Below are positions 1 through 11,429 of a stretch of DNA of 64,000 bases, one piece after another. This DNA comes from Podarcis filfolensis (taxonomy: Eukaryota): assembly GCA_964270895.1 (NCBI GenBank), contig OZ185449.1; one strand, given 5' to 3'. Position numbers and translations under genes: made by a program. The notes beneath the pieces were generated by a model. The model had not been told where the DNA came from, did not search any database, and was given only the letters and a program-made list of their open reading frames with translations. Each line of letters opens with the position of its first letter. Within the stretch, counting starts at the first letter, position 1.

Positions 1-498
1 GCTTATCAATTGAGGATAGGAAGGCTGCCAGCAAGCAGCTAAATATAGAACCTAGGAGATCTTGAATGATCAGCACACACCGCCCAAAATAGGCTGCAGG
101 GACATAGAGCTCAAAGACGGCTTGGGGGGGGGGGAGAGAGAGCAGCTGCTTCCCACCTGCTGCCCATATCTGCCTTTGCCACCCAACATGCACACAATCA
201 GCCACACAGCTCTACTTCCTAAACCTCACTCTTAAAATTTCTCCCAGTGGCCTGGGAGATCTGCTCTGCACTGGCTTTGGTTAGCTCCCATGCTGGCTGT
301 TTTTTCACAGAGAGATTCACAGGGTAAACACAGGCAGACTATGCCTTAAAGGATGCAAAGAAAGAAGCAGAAATACTCCTACAAGCTGACAAGATGGACT
401 CTCTCCTGAAATCCAAGCCAGATGAGCCACAGGTATCTTTCTACAACTTGTCGAGGCAAAGGCCAGAAGAAGCCACCCCACAAGGCCCCTGGACTCAC

Positions 499-572
499 TT
501 TTTCCTCTGCAGAAATGTCCACCATTTTTGGAGGGGCAGGTGGAGCTCTTTTCTTGACTAGCACTAAAACAT
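499..572 (-). CDS. UBAC1: UBAC1 coding exon 3, 74 nt (later exons lie left of the window)
   Basis: Translates (D)VLVLVKKRAPPAPPKMVDISAEEK. Acceptor ttcttctctctctAG, donor GTGAGT. Confidence 0.96.
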
Positions 573-1143
573 CTAGAGAGAGAAGAATTGTCTGGAGTCA
601 GAGAACAAGCCTTCCTTGCACATTTTCTGCAAAGGGGGTATGGGAAGATAAAGTATTCTGCTGTGTTATGCCCCCACCAGTAGAAGGTAAGTCCACAGGG
701 AGAAATGAAATACAGGCCCCAATTTATATGGGTGTTCTGAGGCACAGCACACGTCAGTGAAATCACGTATAATTGAAACCCATTGCAAAGCCTGCAACAC
801 CCTGTTCCCCCTTTTAGTGATGCTTCAGTGATTTTTTCATGATGCTTCCAGGTCACTTCTGGCTTCAGCATGATGCACGTATACACAATTGTTCACATAT
901 TGAACGTGCATAAACGGGGGGCTGCCTGCAGAGTAATGACTTTAATACTATTTCTGAGGACAGCATATGGCAGTAAATGATACAGTCACATTCCCCTCAG
1001 TGTCCTGAGTGCTTAAGAAGCTGAAAGTTGTCCTCCAGACAGCAATTCAGATGGGCACACTTCTGCCCATTGCTTAAGACTAATTGCACATTCTGGGTAT
1101 CTGGATACTCCCTGGGGTGTTACTTATCACAACACTCCCTTAC

Positions 1144-1264
1144 CTTGGTCTTGAATATTTTCCTCCAGGACCGTTTTTGTGTCGGTCAGCACCTTTTCTG
1201 AAGCTGCATGTATCAATTTATGGTGTGTTATACATTTTGGATCCTCCAGGCTGCCGGGTGCACA
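1144..1264 (-). CDS. UBAC1: UBAC1 coding exon 2, 121 nt
   Basis: Translates [40 protein letters not shown]. Acceptor ttcccacctcAG, donor GTAAGG; phase is consistent with exons 1 and 3. Confidence 0.97.
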
Positions 1265-1479
1265 CTGAGGTGGGAAAGTAAAAAGAAGCAGAAGCTGAAT
1301 CAAACTACTAAACTGGGGGTGGGGATGGGGTGTGTGTGCATGCAAGCCTTTTCCACCTGGGCCAAACGCTTCCAAGGTACATCGCAGCAACAACAAAACA
1401 AAACAAAACCCAGCCCCTATGTTCTGCAAAATCACAAACGGTCAGAAAAACCCTGGGAGAGAAGGAAGTGAACGCAAGG

Positions 1480-2350
1480 TAGGGAAGGCTGGAATTCCGC
1501 AGCTGAACACCAGCTTCGCCTGCAGAAGGCCCCGCGGAGGAGGGGGCATAGCAGCACCCCTGACTCCCAACCCCAGAGGGCCGAGGGTCGGATCCGACAG
1601 CTTCTCGAGGCAACAACTGCGACTGCAAGCGGGGCATAGCTGTCAACTTCTCCCTTTTCTTGCGAGGAATCCTATTCGGAATTAAAAAAAGGGAAGCGTT
1701 GACAGCTATGAAGCGGGGAGGCGGGCGCGTCTACCAGCCGCCACTTCAACGCTGGCCCTACAAAGCCTCCCTCCCCCCCTCCCCCCCGCTGATGAACCCA
1801 GCAGGATCGGGGCCGCTCCGAGCACATAAGGACCCCTGGCCAGGCCCCGCATTCAGCGCCCCCCTCCGCTCCCTCCTCTGCTCCCCTCCGCTCACGCGTT
1901 TGAGGCAGCGCTCTTTGAGCCGCTCTACGGCCGCGTCCTCGGGCACCTCCTCCAGCCATTCGGTGCCGTCCAGGGCGCAGACGCGGACCCGCAGCACCTT
2001 CGCCGCGAAGATCTTGTCCTCCTGCACGAACATCGCCGCATCGCCGCCGGGAAGCCGCCCAGGGAGAACGCAAGGATGCGAACGGCCGGCCGGGAAAGGA
2101 GACCGGATGTGGGCGGAGAGAAGGGAGGGGCGGGGCAGGAAGCCCGTCGCCCGTGGGATACCGGGAGCTGCAGTCCCAGCCTCCGCCGCGGAACTACCCG
2201 ACACTCTTCTATAGAGATAGGAAAGCGGTAGAGTGGATCATTGCCTGGTTGACAGAGGCAACCTCGGGGGCCGTTTCCAACCCGCCCAACCCGGTAGCTC
2301 CACCCCGAGTGGACTCCCGCGGAACTCCTTGGGGAAAGAGGCTCCTCTTT
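1480..2350 (-). promoter_or_regulatory. UBAC1: CpG island / promoter of UBAC1
   Basis: GC- and CpG-rich segment spanning exon 1, with a GC box (GGGGCGGGG) near 2127. Boundaries are approximate. Confidence 0.8.
1896..2033 (-). CDS. UBAC1: UBAC1 (KPC2) coding exon 1, 138 nt
   Basis: Translates [46 protein letters not shown], closely matching the N-terminus of vertebrate UBAC1 as recalled. ATG at 2033 lies in a CpG island; the donor GTGAG follows at 1895. Confidence 0.97.
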
Positions 2351-2385
2351 CAGGCGCAGTTTTCAAACATGAGAGAACAGCTCTC

Positions 2386-2555
2386 ATAGTATGCAGATGT
2401 CCAAAAATAGATTTAGCATATGTAATGAAACAGGAATCCAATATCTCTATTCAGTTACTAAACTGAAAACTATGGAGAGACCTGGTCTGAATAGAGATAT
2501 TGGATTCTTGTCTCATTACATAGGCTAAAGCTAATTTTGGTCATCTGCATACTAT
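2386..2555. mobile_element. Foldback MITE (69-bp inverted arms, 32-bp spacer)
   Basis: Arm 2386-2454 is the reverse complement of 2487-2555 with about 6 mismatches. Termini are compatible with a TA target duplication. Confidence 0.8.
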
Positions 2556-2594
2556 CCCTTGCTTTTTCCTGTAGGACTAACTGCAATTGTTAAC

Positions 2595-2800
2595 AGCCAC
2601 AGGTTTACCATACCCATTGAGTCAATCACCCATATCCTACTACCCTTCTGAGAAAAACCCCACCCCATCCTCCCACTATATATGAGGGTCTGGTGACTTC
2701 TGTTTCAGTGTATCTGAAAAAGTGTGCATGCATACGTAAGCTTATACCAAGATCAAACTTAGTTGGTCTCTAAGGTGCTACTGGACGATTTTGTAATTTT
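2595..2800 (+). mobile_element. Penelope-like element terminal (pLTR) fragment
   Basis: Contains ctgaaaaagtgtgcatgcatacgtaagcttatacc...ttagttggtctctaaggtgctactgg, the same terminus as the copy at 13.7 kb. Boundaries are approximate. Confidence 0.75.
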
Positions 2801-3347
2801 ACACGAGGGGCTGATGGTGGGGTTCCGAGGTTGAAAAGTTGCTTGCAGCTTAAAGTGGGGGGAAGAGACCTACAACCTCACAGTGTAGGCCAAGGTTTCT
2901 GTTCCCACACTGCAGGTGTGGGATCGGACAGTGAAAACAGCTTACACAGTAGTTCAGAGAGAAAGAAGGGGGCTGTACCTAGACAAACCCCTCCAGTTCC
3001 TTGAGAAAGGTTTTGCTGGTTTTTCATTACAGCAGATAAGCCTTAGTAGTTTGTTAAGGATTCCCACTGCCTGCAGTAGCATCCCTGCATCAGAGACATC
3101 TGAGAAAGTGGCATGGAATGGGTGCTGTCTCCCCCACTTTTACTATTATTATATTCAGTGCTATTTTTCTAGAAAAAGAGGTGCCAGAACTCACTATGAA
3201 TGCTTCCCTTGTTTTCTTATAATGGCAATGGCATCCAACTGAGAGGTGACAGAACTGAGTTCCAGTGAGTTATGGCTGAAAAAAAGCCCCAATTATATTA
3301 TGTATGTTATGTTTTAATATGTAAAAGGCCCAGTGGTCTCTTGATTT

Positions 3348-3403
3348 TATTATTATTATTATTAGTAGTAGTAGTAGTAGCAGCAGCAGCAGCAGTAGTA
3401 ATA
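3348..3403. repeat. Compound microsatellite (TTA)n(GTA)n(GCA)n
   Basis: Directly visible trinucleotide runs. Confidence 0.95.
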
Positions 3404-5310
3404 AATTGTACAGGGTAGAGGTGGGAGCTGGGTGAAGTTGGTTTTGCAACCACATTGCCTAAAGCTCAAGGTATTTTTCTGCCTCGGGGCGGGGGGTGTG
3501 TGAGAGAGAGAGACAGAACACCAGCTGCTCCCCAAAACACAGAATTCCCATTTTCTGCTCCAGAGTTTTGCATGTGCCCTGCACATATCTACCCAGGTTT
3601 ACTCCAGAGTAAGCCCAGTGAGGTTGACTCCCTGGCAGTGTTCGAAATTAGCCAGGCTCCAGTTGCATTTTGCACCTGTATTTTGACCACTTGCAACCAA
3701 GTGAAGATGCCTGGGTGCCAGGATGACTCCCAATATCTCATTGGATCTGGATTATTTTCACACACTAATATCCCATCCTGTAGAATTCTTTCAGTTATAT
3801 TTTATCTGTGTAATTGGAATGAATTTCTGGAACCAAATTGCTTTTTCTGTGCAGCCTGAGCAGGAACAGTCACCATTAAGAAAAAGAGCTTGGAATAGGT
3901 CAATATATACAGGAACTGTACCTGAATGAAGTGAATTTTCTTCTTTAAGTTCTCAGCTTTTAACCTAGCTCAAGATTGTCATCAAAACTAGCCAGATGTT
4001 TAACTGAGAATCAATCAAAGTCAGCCCACCATTTGAAAAATAAGACTTTAGAGCCATCTTGCCCAAAAATGACAACAAAACATTCCATTTTGGTGACTAC
4101 AACCTTGGTTTAAGCAGTCATTTGGGACCTAGCTGTGAGTTTCTAACCCTGCTCCCTGGTGTCTCCAAAGAGGGTTGACTTGAACACCCGCAGAAAGTGA
4201 GTGTGGGGAGGTTGGATCCCACTCGTGTCATAGTCTCAATTCTCGCCCAGAAACAGAAAACATTTCAAAGGTGTTTTTTCACAATAGGTTTTGACAATTT
4301 GATTTAGAAGGCACAGAAAGGCAAAGGCAAAGCCATCCTTCGTGATGGATTAGTGATGCTCTAGAAATGACAAAGCCCCACAAGAGGGCAGAGGAGGGCT
4401 GGAAGCACCAGCCAGAAAAGATTGAATCATCTCCACCGCATAGAATCACAGAACTTTAGAGTTGGAAGGGACCCCAAGGGTCATGTAGTCCAACTCCTTG
4501 CAATGAGAGGGTCTTGGGGGTAGCAGCCGCTTAGAACATCTGCTGTGATTGATGGATTCCCATTAGCAACAATACTTAACTGGAAAGTGCAACACACACT
4601 TCTTTTATTGCATTTTACCTATTTACTTCAAATTAAAGCAATGAATTTCATTCAAACTTGACTTCCCTTGCAATGCAAGGTACAGGGTGGGCACAAACAA
4701 AGAGACACACGACTCCAAGGCAGGCAGAAAATAAGAAGTCAGATGAATACACCTGGACTCCCCTGACATCAATTCAGCCTACCAGCTCCTGACCAGGACC
4801 GCCCCTCTTCCCCAGCCAAATAAAACTCCTTTCCCAGGCTGATGAAAGCAAAGGGACATCAGCAGCCATGGGAGAAAGCCAGACACTTCTGTTTTGATTC
4901 CTGGCACCCTGCTTTGGGGATCTGAACTGAAAACTTTGTTGCCAGGTTGAGACGCGCCCGTTCAAGGCAGCACCTAGAGCCTGACTCCTGAAGGGGACTC
5001 ATCTTGGGATTCTTATGGCCTCCCCTTTCCCCACAGGAAGTTTGGGGGCAGCAGGAGAGGGTAACAAGTTATGCTGTGGATGGTTTGAAAAGGGGCTCCA
5101 GTTCCACCACTTTCCTTCACTGGAAATTGTTGGCTGGGACATGCATGTGGTGTTGCTATTTTCACCTGTGCTGCAATGTGGCTGCTAAACAGTGTTATGT
5201 GACCTCAACATTGCAACACTTCTTTCCCCACGTTTCTAGGGTGAGAAGGGTTTTTTTGTGGGGGTGAGGGTTTTTCCTGGGAACAAGCCATTCCCCCATG
5301 CAACCTGCCA

Positions 5311-5745
5311 GATTGGTTTATGCTCCGACGGCCTCAGCTCAGTATACCTGAAGGAGCGTCTCCACCCCCATCATTCTGCCGGGACACTGAGGTCCAGCGG
5401 CAAGGGCCTTCTGGCGGTTCTCGCACTGAGAGAAGCAAATCTACAGGGAACCAGGCAGAGGGCCTTCTCGGTAGTGGCACCCGCCCTGTGGAACACCCTC
5501 CCATCAGATGTCAAAGAGATAAACAACTACCTGACATTTAGAAAACATCTGAAGGCAGCCCTGTTTAGGGAAGTTTTTAATGTGTGACATTTTAATGTAT
5601 TTTTAATCTTTGTTGGAAGCTGCCCAGAGTGGCTGGGGAAACCCAGCCGGACGGGCGGGGTACAAATAATAAATTCTTCTTCTTCTTCTTCTTCTTCTTC
5701 TTCATCATCATCATCATCATCATCTCCTCCTCCTCCTCCTCCTCC
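5311..5745 (+). mobile_element. L2/CR1-clade LINE 3' fragment with (TTC)n(TCA)n(TCC)n tail
   Basis: Translates YLKERLHP...LRSSGKGLL...RAFSVVAPALWNTLP...FRKHLKAALF, typical of an L2 ORF2 C-terminus. It is followed by an L2-type 3' UTR and a microsatellite at 5675-5745. Confidence 0.85.
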
Positions 5746-6138
5746 CAGATTCATCAGGCAAACCTCTAGCCACCCTTGCACTGAGCTTTGAATGATCTTG
5801 AGGATTGAGATAATTAATTCTTTTTTGTCTTTTCCAAATATTCATAAAGCCCTATTGCTGTGCCGTTTATTCCTTGATGGTTTCCTTAATGGGGTGGCTA
5901 GCGTCACTTGATTTCCAGTATTTTACAGACCCAGCTCCATTACTTTGCTTAACTGCGTGCCCTAACTGGGTAAAGTTGGGTTTAGATGCTTAAAGCCTAT
6001 GTACTCAATATACCTGAAGAAAGCATTACTGTCCTAGTACAAAAGTTGTATAAACAGATGGTTTGCCTCTGGAAGGAACATAGAAGAATAGAATCACAGA
6101 ACTGTAGAGCTAGAAGAGATCCTGATGGCCATTTAGTC

Positions 6139-7492
6139 CAGTGTTCCCCAACCTTTTTCCGACCATGGCTCCCTTCCGACCTGGTTTCCTTCCTGTGGCC
6201 CACCCCATGGGCATAGCTGAAGGGGGCAGGGGAGAGCAGCTGCCCCCCATAAGTAACAAATCAATACAAATCTGAGGTTCTGCCCCCCTAACAAAAATCC
6301 TGGCTACACCCATGCTACCTTCCCTCCTACTGGTAGAAAGTTAGCTATTTAAATGTTTTGTTTGTAAATAGAACATGTTATATTTATATTTTTTATTGTT
6401 TATACAAAATACAATTACATAAAATGATAGAAACAAAATGAAACATTGTTGAAACAGAAAAACATAGAATCATCTTTCTAGTGCAACCCCCTACAATGTA
6501 GCAAACTCTGCTAAAGCATCCATGACAGATGCCCATCCAACCTCTGCTTAGAAACCACCAAGGAAGTTGAGTCCAGAACCTCCTGAGGGAGATCCATCTT
6601 CTATGTTTTAAAAAAGTAAACAATACTTAATTGACCCTAGTTATTTGACACAGAGGTGGAAACCTACAGATACAGTCCAAAAGGTGCACAGGGAGTTCTG
6701 TATATATGGGAGAATCTTAAAAAGAAAGTGGTCCTCGCTGACTTGGTGCAAAAAGCTCTTGTCATTCAGAGAAGCCCTGGCTGCCTAAATAAAACACTAT
6801 AGCCCCCCACACCCTTACCTGGGAGTAAGGCCCACTGAACTCGGTGTGGCTTTCTTTTGAGTAGACTTAGTTATTTACTAGATGCAAGTCAGAAACACCA
6901 GATAACCCCACTCAGCTAGGCACTGGGGTGGATTTCACCGGGTGCCTTGCAGAGCCAGGCTGACGGGCCCTGCGTCACTTGGCAACATCCGAAGGCCCTG
7001 ATCCACTAGGTGCTGGGGTGGATTGCACCCTGCACCTTGCAGAGTCAGGCCCAGGCTGCCACCGCATCCAGCACTGGAAGCACCAACAAGCAGCTCCGGC
7101 TTGCCCAGCCCTAACAATTGCTGCCCCACCACTGCACTCACCTGACCTGGGGGTTCTGGACAGCAGGCTCTACTGGTCAAAATGGGAGGCTCAGCAATCA
7201 CCCTCTCCCTCCAGAAACAAACCAGGACTGCTCCAAGAAAACCCATGTGGCAAAAAGGAGCATTAGGACCTGGTTGGCCACCCTCTTGCCAACTTGTGAT
7301 TGGCCAAGCAGATAGCAGGTCAATCAGGATTTTTTAAAAAAAATGATTTCCCCCTTTACTTCTCATTTCCCTCTGTGGCCCCCTAGCCTTGTGCTGTGCC
7401 TCACCCCTATTTACAGGATTTTCACCTGTGGCCCCCTTGGAATATCCTGGGGGCTCCCAGGGGGCCGTATGGCCCCGAGTTGGGAAACACTG
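6139..7492. mobile_element. Non-autonomous hAT-type DNA transposon, 1354 bp
   Basis: 14-bp TIRs CAGTGTTCCCCAAC / GTTGGGAAACACTG (1 mismatch) with a perfect 8-bp TSD ATTTAGTC (6131-6138, 7493-7500). It splits a CR1-tail repeat whose halves rejoin when the element is removed. Confidence 0.85.
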
Positions 7493-9535
7493 ATTTAGTC
7501 CAACCCCCTGCAATGCAGGAATCGTGGCTAAAGCATCCCTGACAGGTGGCCACTCAATCTCGGATTAAAATCCTCCAGTGAACTAGAGACCATCACCTTC
7601 CAAGGGAGTCTGTTCCACTGAGATAACTTAGTTCATAGAACATGAGACATCTGAGGGTGATGGGTTTGAGCCCCACATCGGGCAAAAGATCCTTGCATTG
7701 CAGTGTGTCGGACTAGAGGACCCTCGTGATTCCCACCCCTGAACAGAATTCCATACCCAGTCTGCATTTGTAAGAACTCATTCATTTAGTGTGGAAGCAC
7801 CTGTACTTTGGAACTCCCTGTATCTTAATATCAAGCAGGTGCTTTCCCGGTATTCCTTTGGTGACTGCTAAAAGAATTCCTGTTTTGATAAGCCTGTCCA
7901 TATGCTTAGAAAGCTGATGTAAATTTTAATCTGTTTTTGTATTTTAACTTTTGTATGTTTTAAAGTATTGTTGTATTTTTTTCCTGGATTTTAATGTTTT
8001 ATCTTTTTGGTAACTGCTTTTTGTTTTGTTTAAAGCAATCAAGTGGCATAAATTTAAATAAGCAGATAGATGCTATGGGCTCAGTTACTCTGAGCTGGAC
8101 TGGGAAAGTCAGTGTCACTATGAGCAGAAAGGGGACCTGCAACAAAAAGGGTGCAGTGTATCCTCATCCCCTGAGAAGCGTTCAGCTCTTGCACAGCACC
8201 CCAGGCCCTTATGGCCTCCCCCCAGGTTGCTAGCACATTGTGTAAGGATTTCAAACAGGAATTTCGGCCCATCCTCAATGCCTCCTTTTTTCCATTGCAT
8301 GTCTTGCAGCTTACTTCGGCATGTGGATACTTTCCTCTTCAACCTGGTGCTCTATTCCTCTTGGCCTCCAACCACCTGAGCTGGCTATTAGAGGGGAATC
8401 TATTTTGCACTGCCTCTTCTCCCTCTTTATGGAACAGAATCTCAGGAGTCCCTGCATGGATGGACTAACTCTCAAAGTATTTTAAAAACAGCTTAATAGA
8501 CTGTGCTGTTCCTGCCCAGATCCCATTTTCAGCAACCGAACCCCACAAAGGACAGGTCTTGTTTTCCCCAATGCTGTGAGGAGGCAGGGAGCTTTCTGAG
8601 GGGGCTTGCATTTTACTTAAGAACCTAGAAAGAGAGTGTGCATTATGGCATGTTTTATCGGGGGGGGGGGGACCCTCTTCCCCATTTTGCCGTAACACAA
8701 AGCAATAAAGATGAAGGCCGACAGAACCCTTCTCATCTGGCATCTCAGGCTCGTAAATGAGTCTCATATTTATAGTGCTACAGCAGAGAGGAAATGACTA
8801 TTGAGCACCTGATTTAGCCATTCAAATTCTTTGTAGTGCTTTAGATTAATAAAAAGAATTTAATAACGAATCAAGATGGTTTATATGGCATGGGAATCAC
8901 AGCTACTGTACTTCCATTGCTGAAAAGTGGGAAGTGGGAAGAGAAAGAGGTGATATAAGCTATGGTAAAAATGACAAAAAAAAACCCTACCAATTCCAGT
9001 TATATACAGTGCTCTATGGGTTTGCTTGCTTTTTTTTAAGCCAATAAATATAATTGAGTCTTCTGCCCATTTGAGATGATTTGGTGGGAACCTATGTAAT
9101 TTTTTGGTTACAAACCACCTCATCCTCAGCAGCTTAAGAAAGCAATTAAATGCAAAATAAATTCTACTGTCAGTGCACTTAAAATCAGATCAAGGCTCAT
9201 TTACTACCACCAATGAATCAGTTATTCATTTCCAGCCTGCAAACAGTCTACTCCGTTCGTCTCCTCTCCACCACTATATTTCTAAATGCTGCAGCAACCA
9301 GTTAACCTTTGCACAGCAGCAAGTAGCTTAAAATGTTCTCAGTGCAGTTAGGAGTCACAGAATCAGAACTATAGTGTTGCAAGTGATTCAAAGAGCCATC
9401 TAGTCCAACCCCCTGCAATGCAGGAATCACAGCTACATCAGCCGGACTGCTGGGGTTCCTCTGGCTGAGCATGTGTCCTTGCTACTCTGTGACTGTGGCT
9501 TCTAATCTGAGAAGCTGGTCTGGTCTTATGATGTA

Positions 9536-9882
9536 AAGGTAAAGGGACCCCTGACCATTAGGTCCAGTCACGGACGACTCTGGGGTTGCAGCGCTCATTT
9601 CGCTTTACTGGCCGAGGGACCCGGCGTACAGCTTCCGGGTCATGTGGCCAGCATGACTTAGCCGCTTCTGGCGAACCAGAGCAGCACACGGAAATGCCAT
9701 TTACCTTCCCACCGGAGCGGTACCTATTCATCTACTTGCACTTCATAATTTCGAACTGCTAGGTTGGCAGGAGCAGGGACAGAGCAACGGGAGCTCACCC
9801 CGTTGTGGGGATTTGAACCGCCGACCCTCTGATCGGCAAGCCCTAGGCTCTGTGGTTTAACCCACAGTGCCACCTGTGTCCC
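9536..9882 (-). mobile_element. Sauria SINE, full length
   Basis: Minus strand begins gggacacaggtggcactgtgggttaaacc and ends in an (ACCTTT)n tail. 13-bp TSD GTCTTATGATGTA at 9523-9535 and 9883-9895. Confidence 0.92.
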
Positions 9883-11429
9883 GTCTTATGATGTAGGTGT
9901 CCTTAAAAACAAAGGGAGACCTGAGTGAGGTGCAATGGGTGATTCCTGCAGAAAAGACCTTTTCAGTGGTGAACCCCTCCCTCCGGTAATGGAAAGTTCT
10001 TCCCAAAGAGAAACCTGAGAACTTCCAAGAAAACAAAAGTCTCCAAGGAAGAAATATGCCTAACAATTGCTACAGTTTGATACAATTTCCTTCATAAGTC
10101 ATCTGCCTATGCTTAATTTATTCATGGGCATCATTTTAATGCAACATCATACATATTCATGCCATTATTGATGGCTGTGCTAGAAAATGCTTGCACCATT
10201 TCAGAGAATTGTAAGCACAGCTCCCACTGCTCCCAAGAAAGTCTTCCGGGCCTTCCTGGGGCTTTCCTGACACTACAGACAATATTAATATTAACAATAT
10301 TATTAACCAATCACATGGTCAGAGATGCTTGCTAAAGCCACAGTGGCTTAGCATTAACATGCATTTGCTGCAAGCTCAGGGATGAAATAGGATGCTTCAC
10401 GAAGTTGACAGGGAGATCTGTTTTGGAGTCAGTCCCTCTAAGTCTCACATGTAGCCACAACTTGATTTGAATTCTCAACTGCTGCAAATGGGTCTAGCTG
10501 TGGCTTGTTCAACATACAGCCACCACCTGCCAAGGAGGGGGCCCAGACAGCAGCAGCAGCAGCAAAGAATACATGAAATGGCACGGCACTGGTAGCATTT
10601 CCCTACTTTTAAATTGTGAAATGAATGCTGTTGGGATAGAGCACACAGCTTCTATGAAATCGTAACAACTTTCAAACATAGGGCATCCTTTCTTCCAGAC
10701 ATCACAGCTGAGCACAAACAATTTCTGAAGCTACTTTGCTTCCACAGGATAGGCCCTGCCTGCCACTATGAAACACAGACATCAGTCTAAAATCTCTTAT
10801 ACCTTTTATGTAAAGCTGGTACTTACCATGTTGTTACAGTAAGTGCCACATTTTTAACCAATGCTTTTCTTCTAGAAAAAAATGGTGCCAGTACTGCGTA
10901 CTCTTGAGTACCCCTATAAAAAAGCACCGTCTATTCCTACAAAGGTCTTCCATCTGAATTTACCTAAAAATTTTACCTAAACGATGTCTCGTGCTTCTCT
11001 GTCAGCTATCACACATAGGAAGGTGGCCAATACACGGTCAGACCATTGACCCGTCTTGCCCACCTGCATGGACTAGCAGCAATTCTCCAGGCTTCAGGCA
11101 AGATTCCAGCCCTACCTGGGGGAGATGCTACCTGCAGACCACGCTCTACCACTAACCAAACCAGAGATGCTTCCTGCCACCCTCTGCAGGGCCTTTCGTA
11201 AGCCTCACATTCACAGGGGAGAACAAGGCAAAGGAGGGAAACTCAGCAACAGCAGGAGAATGGCTGGTGCTCTGGTGACCCCATGGACGGTGCGCTGGGA
11301 AGCTGTCCCACAGAGCAGCTCAGTCATCAGCAGTAGCCAGGCAGGGGCATTTTTTGCCGTGCAAAAGGCAGGCGGCCTCAATTCTTCCAGGCTGCCCAAA
11401 GGGCCGGTCATCCATTCACCCGTTTGTTT

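Noticed and set aside
2034-2204. 57-aa N-terminal extension of UBAC1 in the ORF track (MSGSS...)
   Set aside because: It starts at GTG in the GC-rich 5' region. The conserved protein starts at the ATG at 2033.
4130-4250. H/ACA-like candidates (also ~10610-10750 and ~11290-11400) ending in ACA-NNN
   Set aside because: The hairpin-H-hairpin-ACA geometry could not be folded convincingly, and there is no clear match to snoRNA families I recall.
9181-9235. C/D snoRNA-like segment on the minus strand (aaATGAATA...CTGAtttt), about 50 nt above an acceptor
   Set aside because: No proper RUGAUGA C box, only about 50 nt long, and no rRNA complementarity recognised. Worth an Infernal run but not supportable.
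10821-10830. Perfect minus-strand donor ATG|GTAAGT
   Set aside because: It lies in a palindromic dispersed repeat (related copy at ~3165-3270), so it is weak evidence for an exon.
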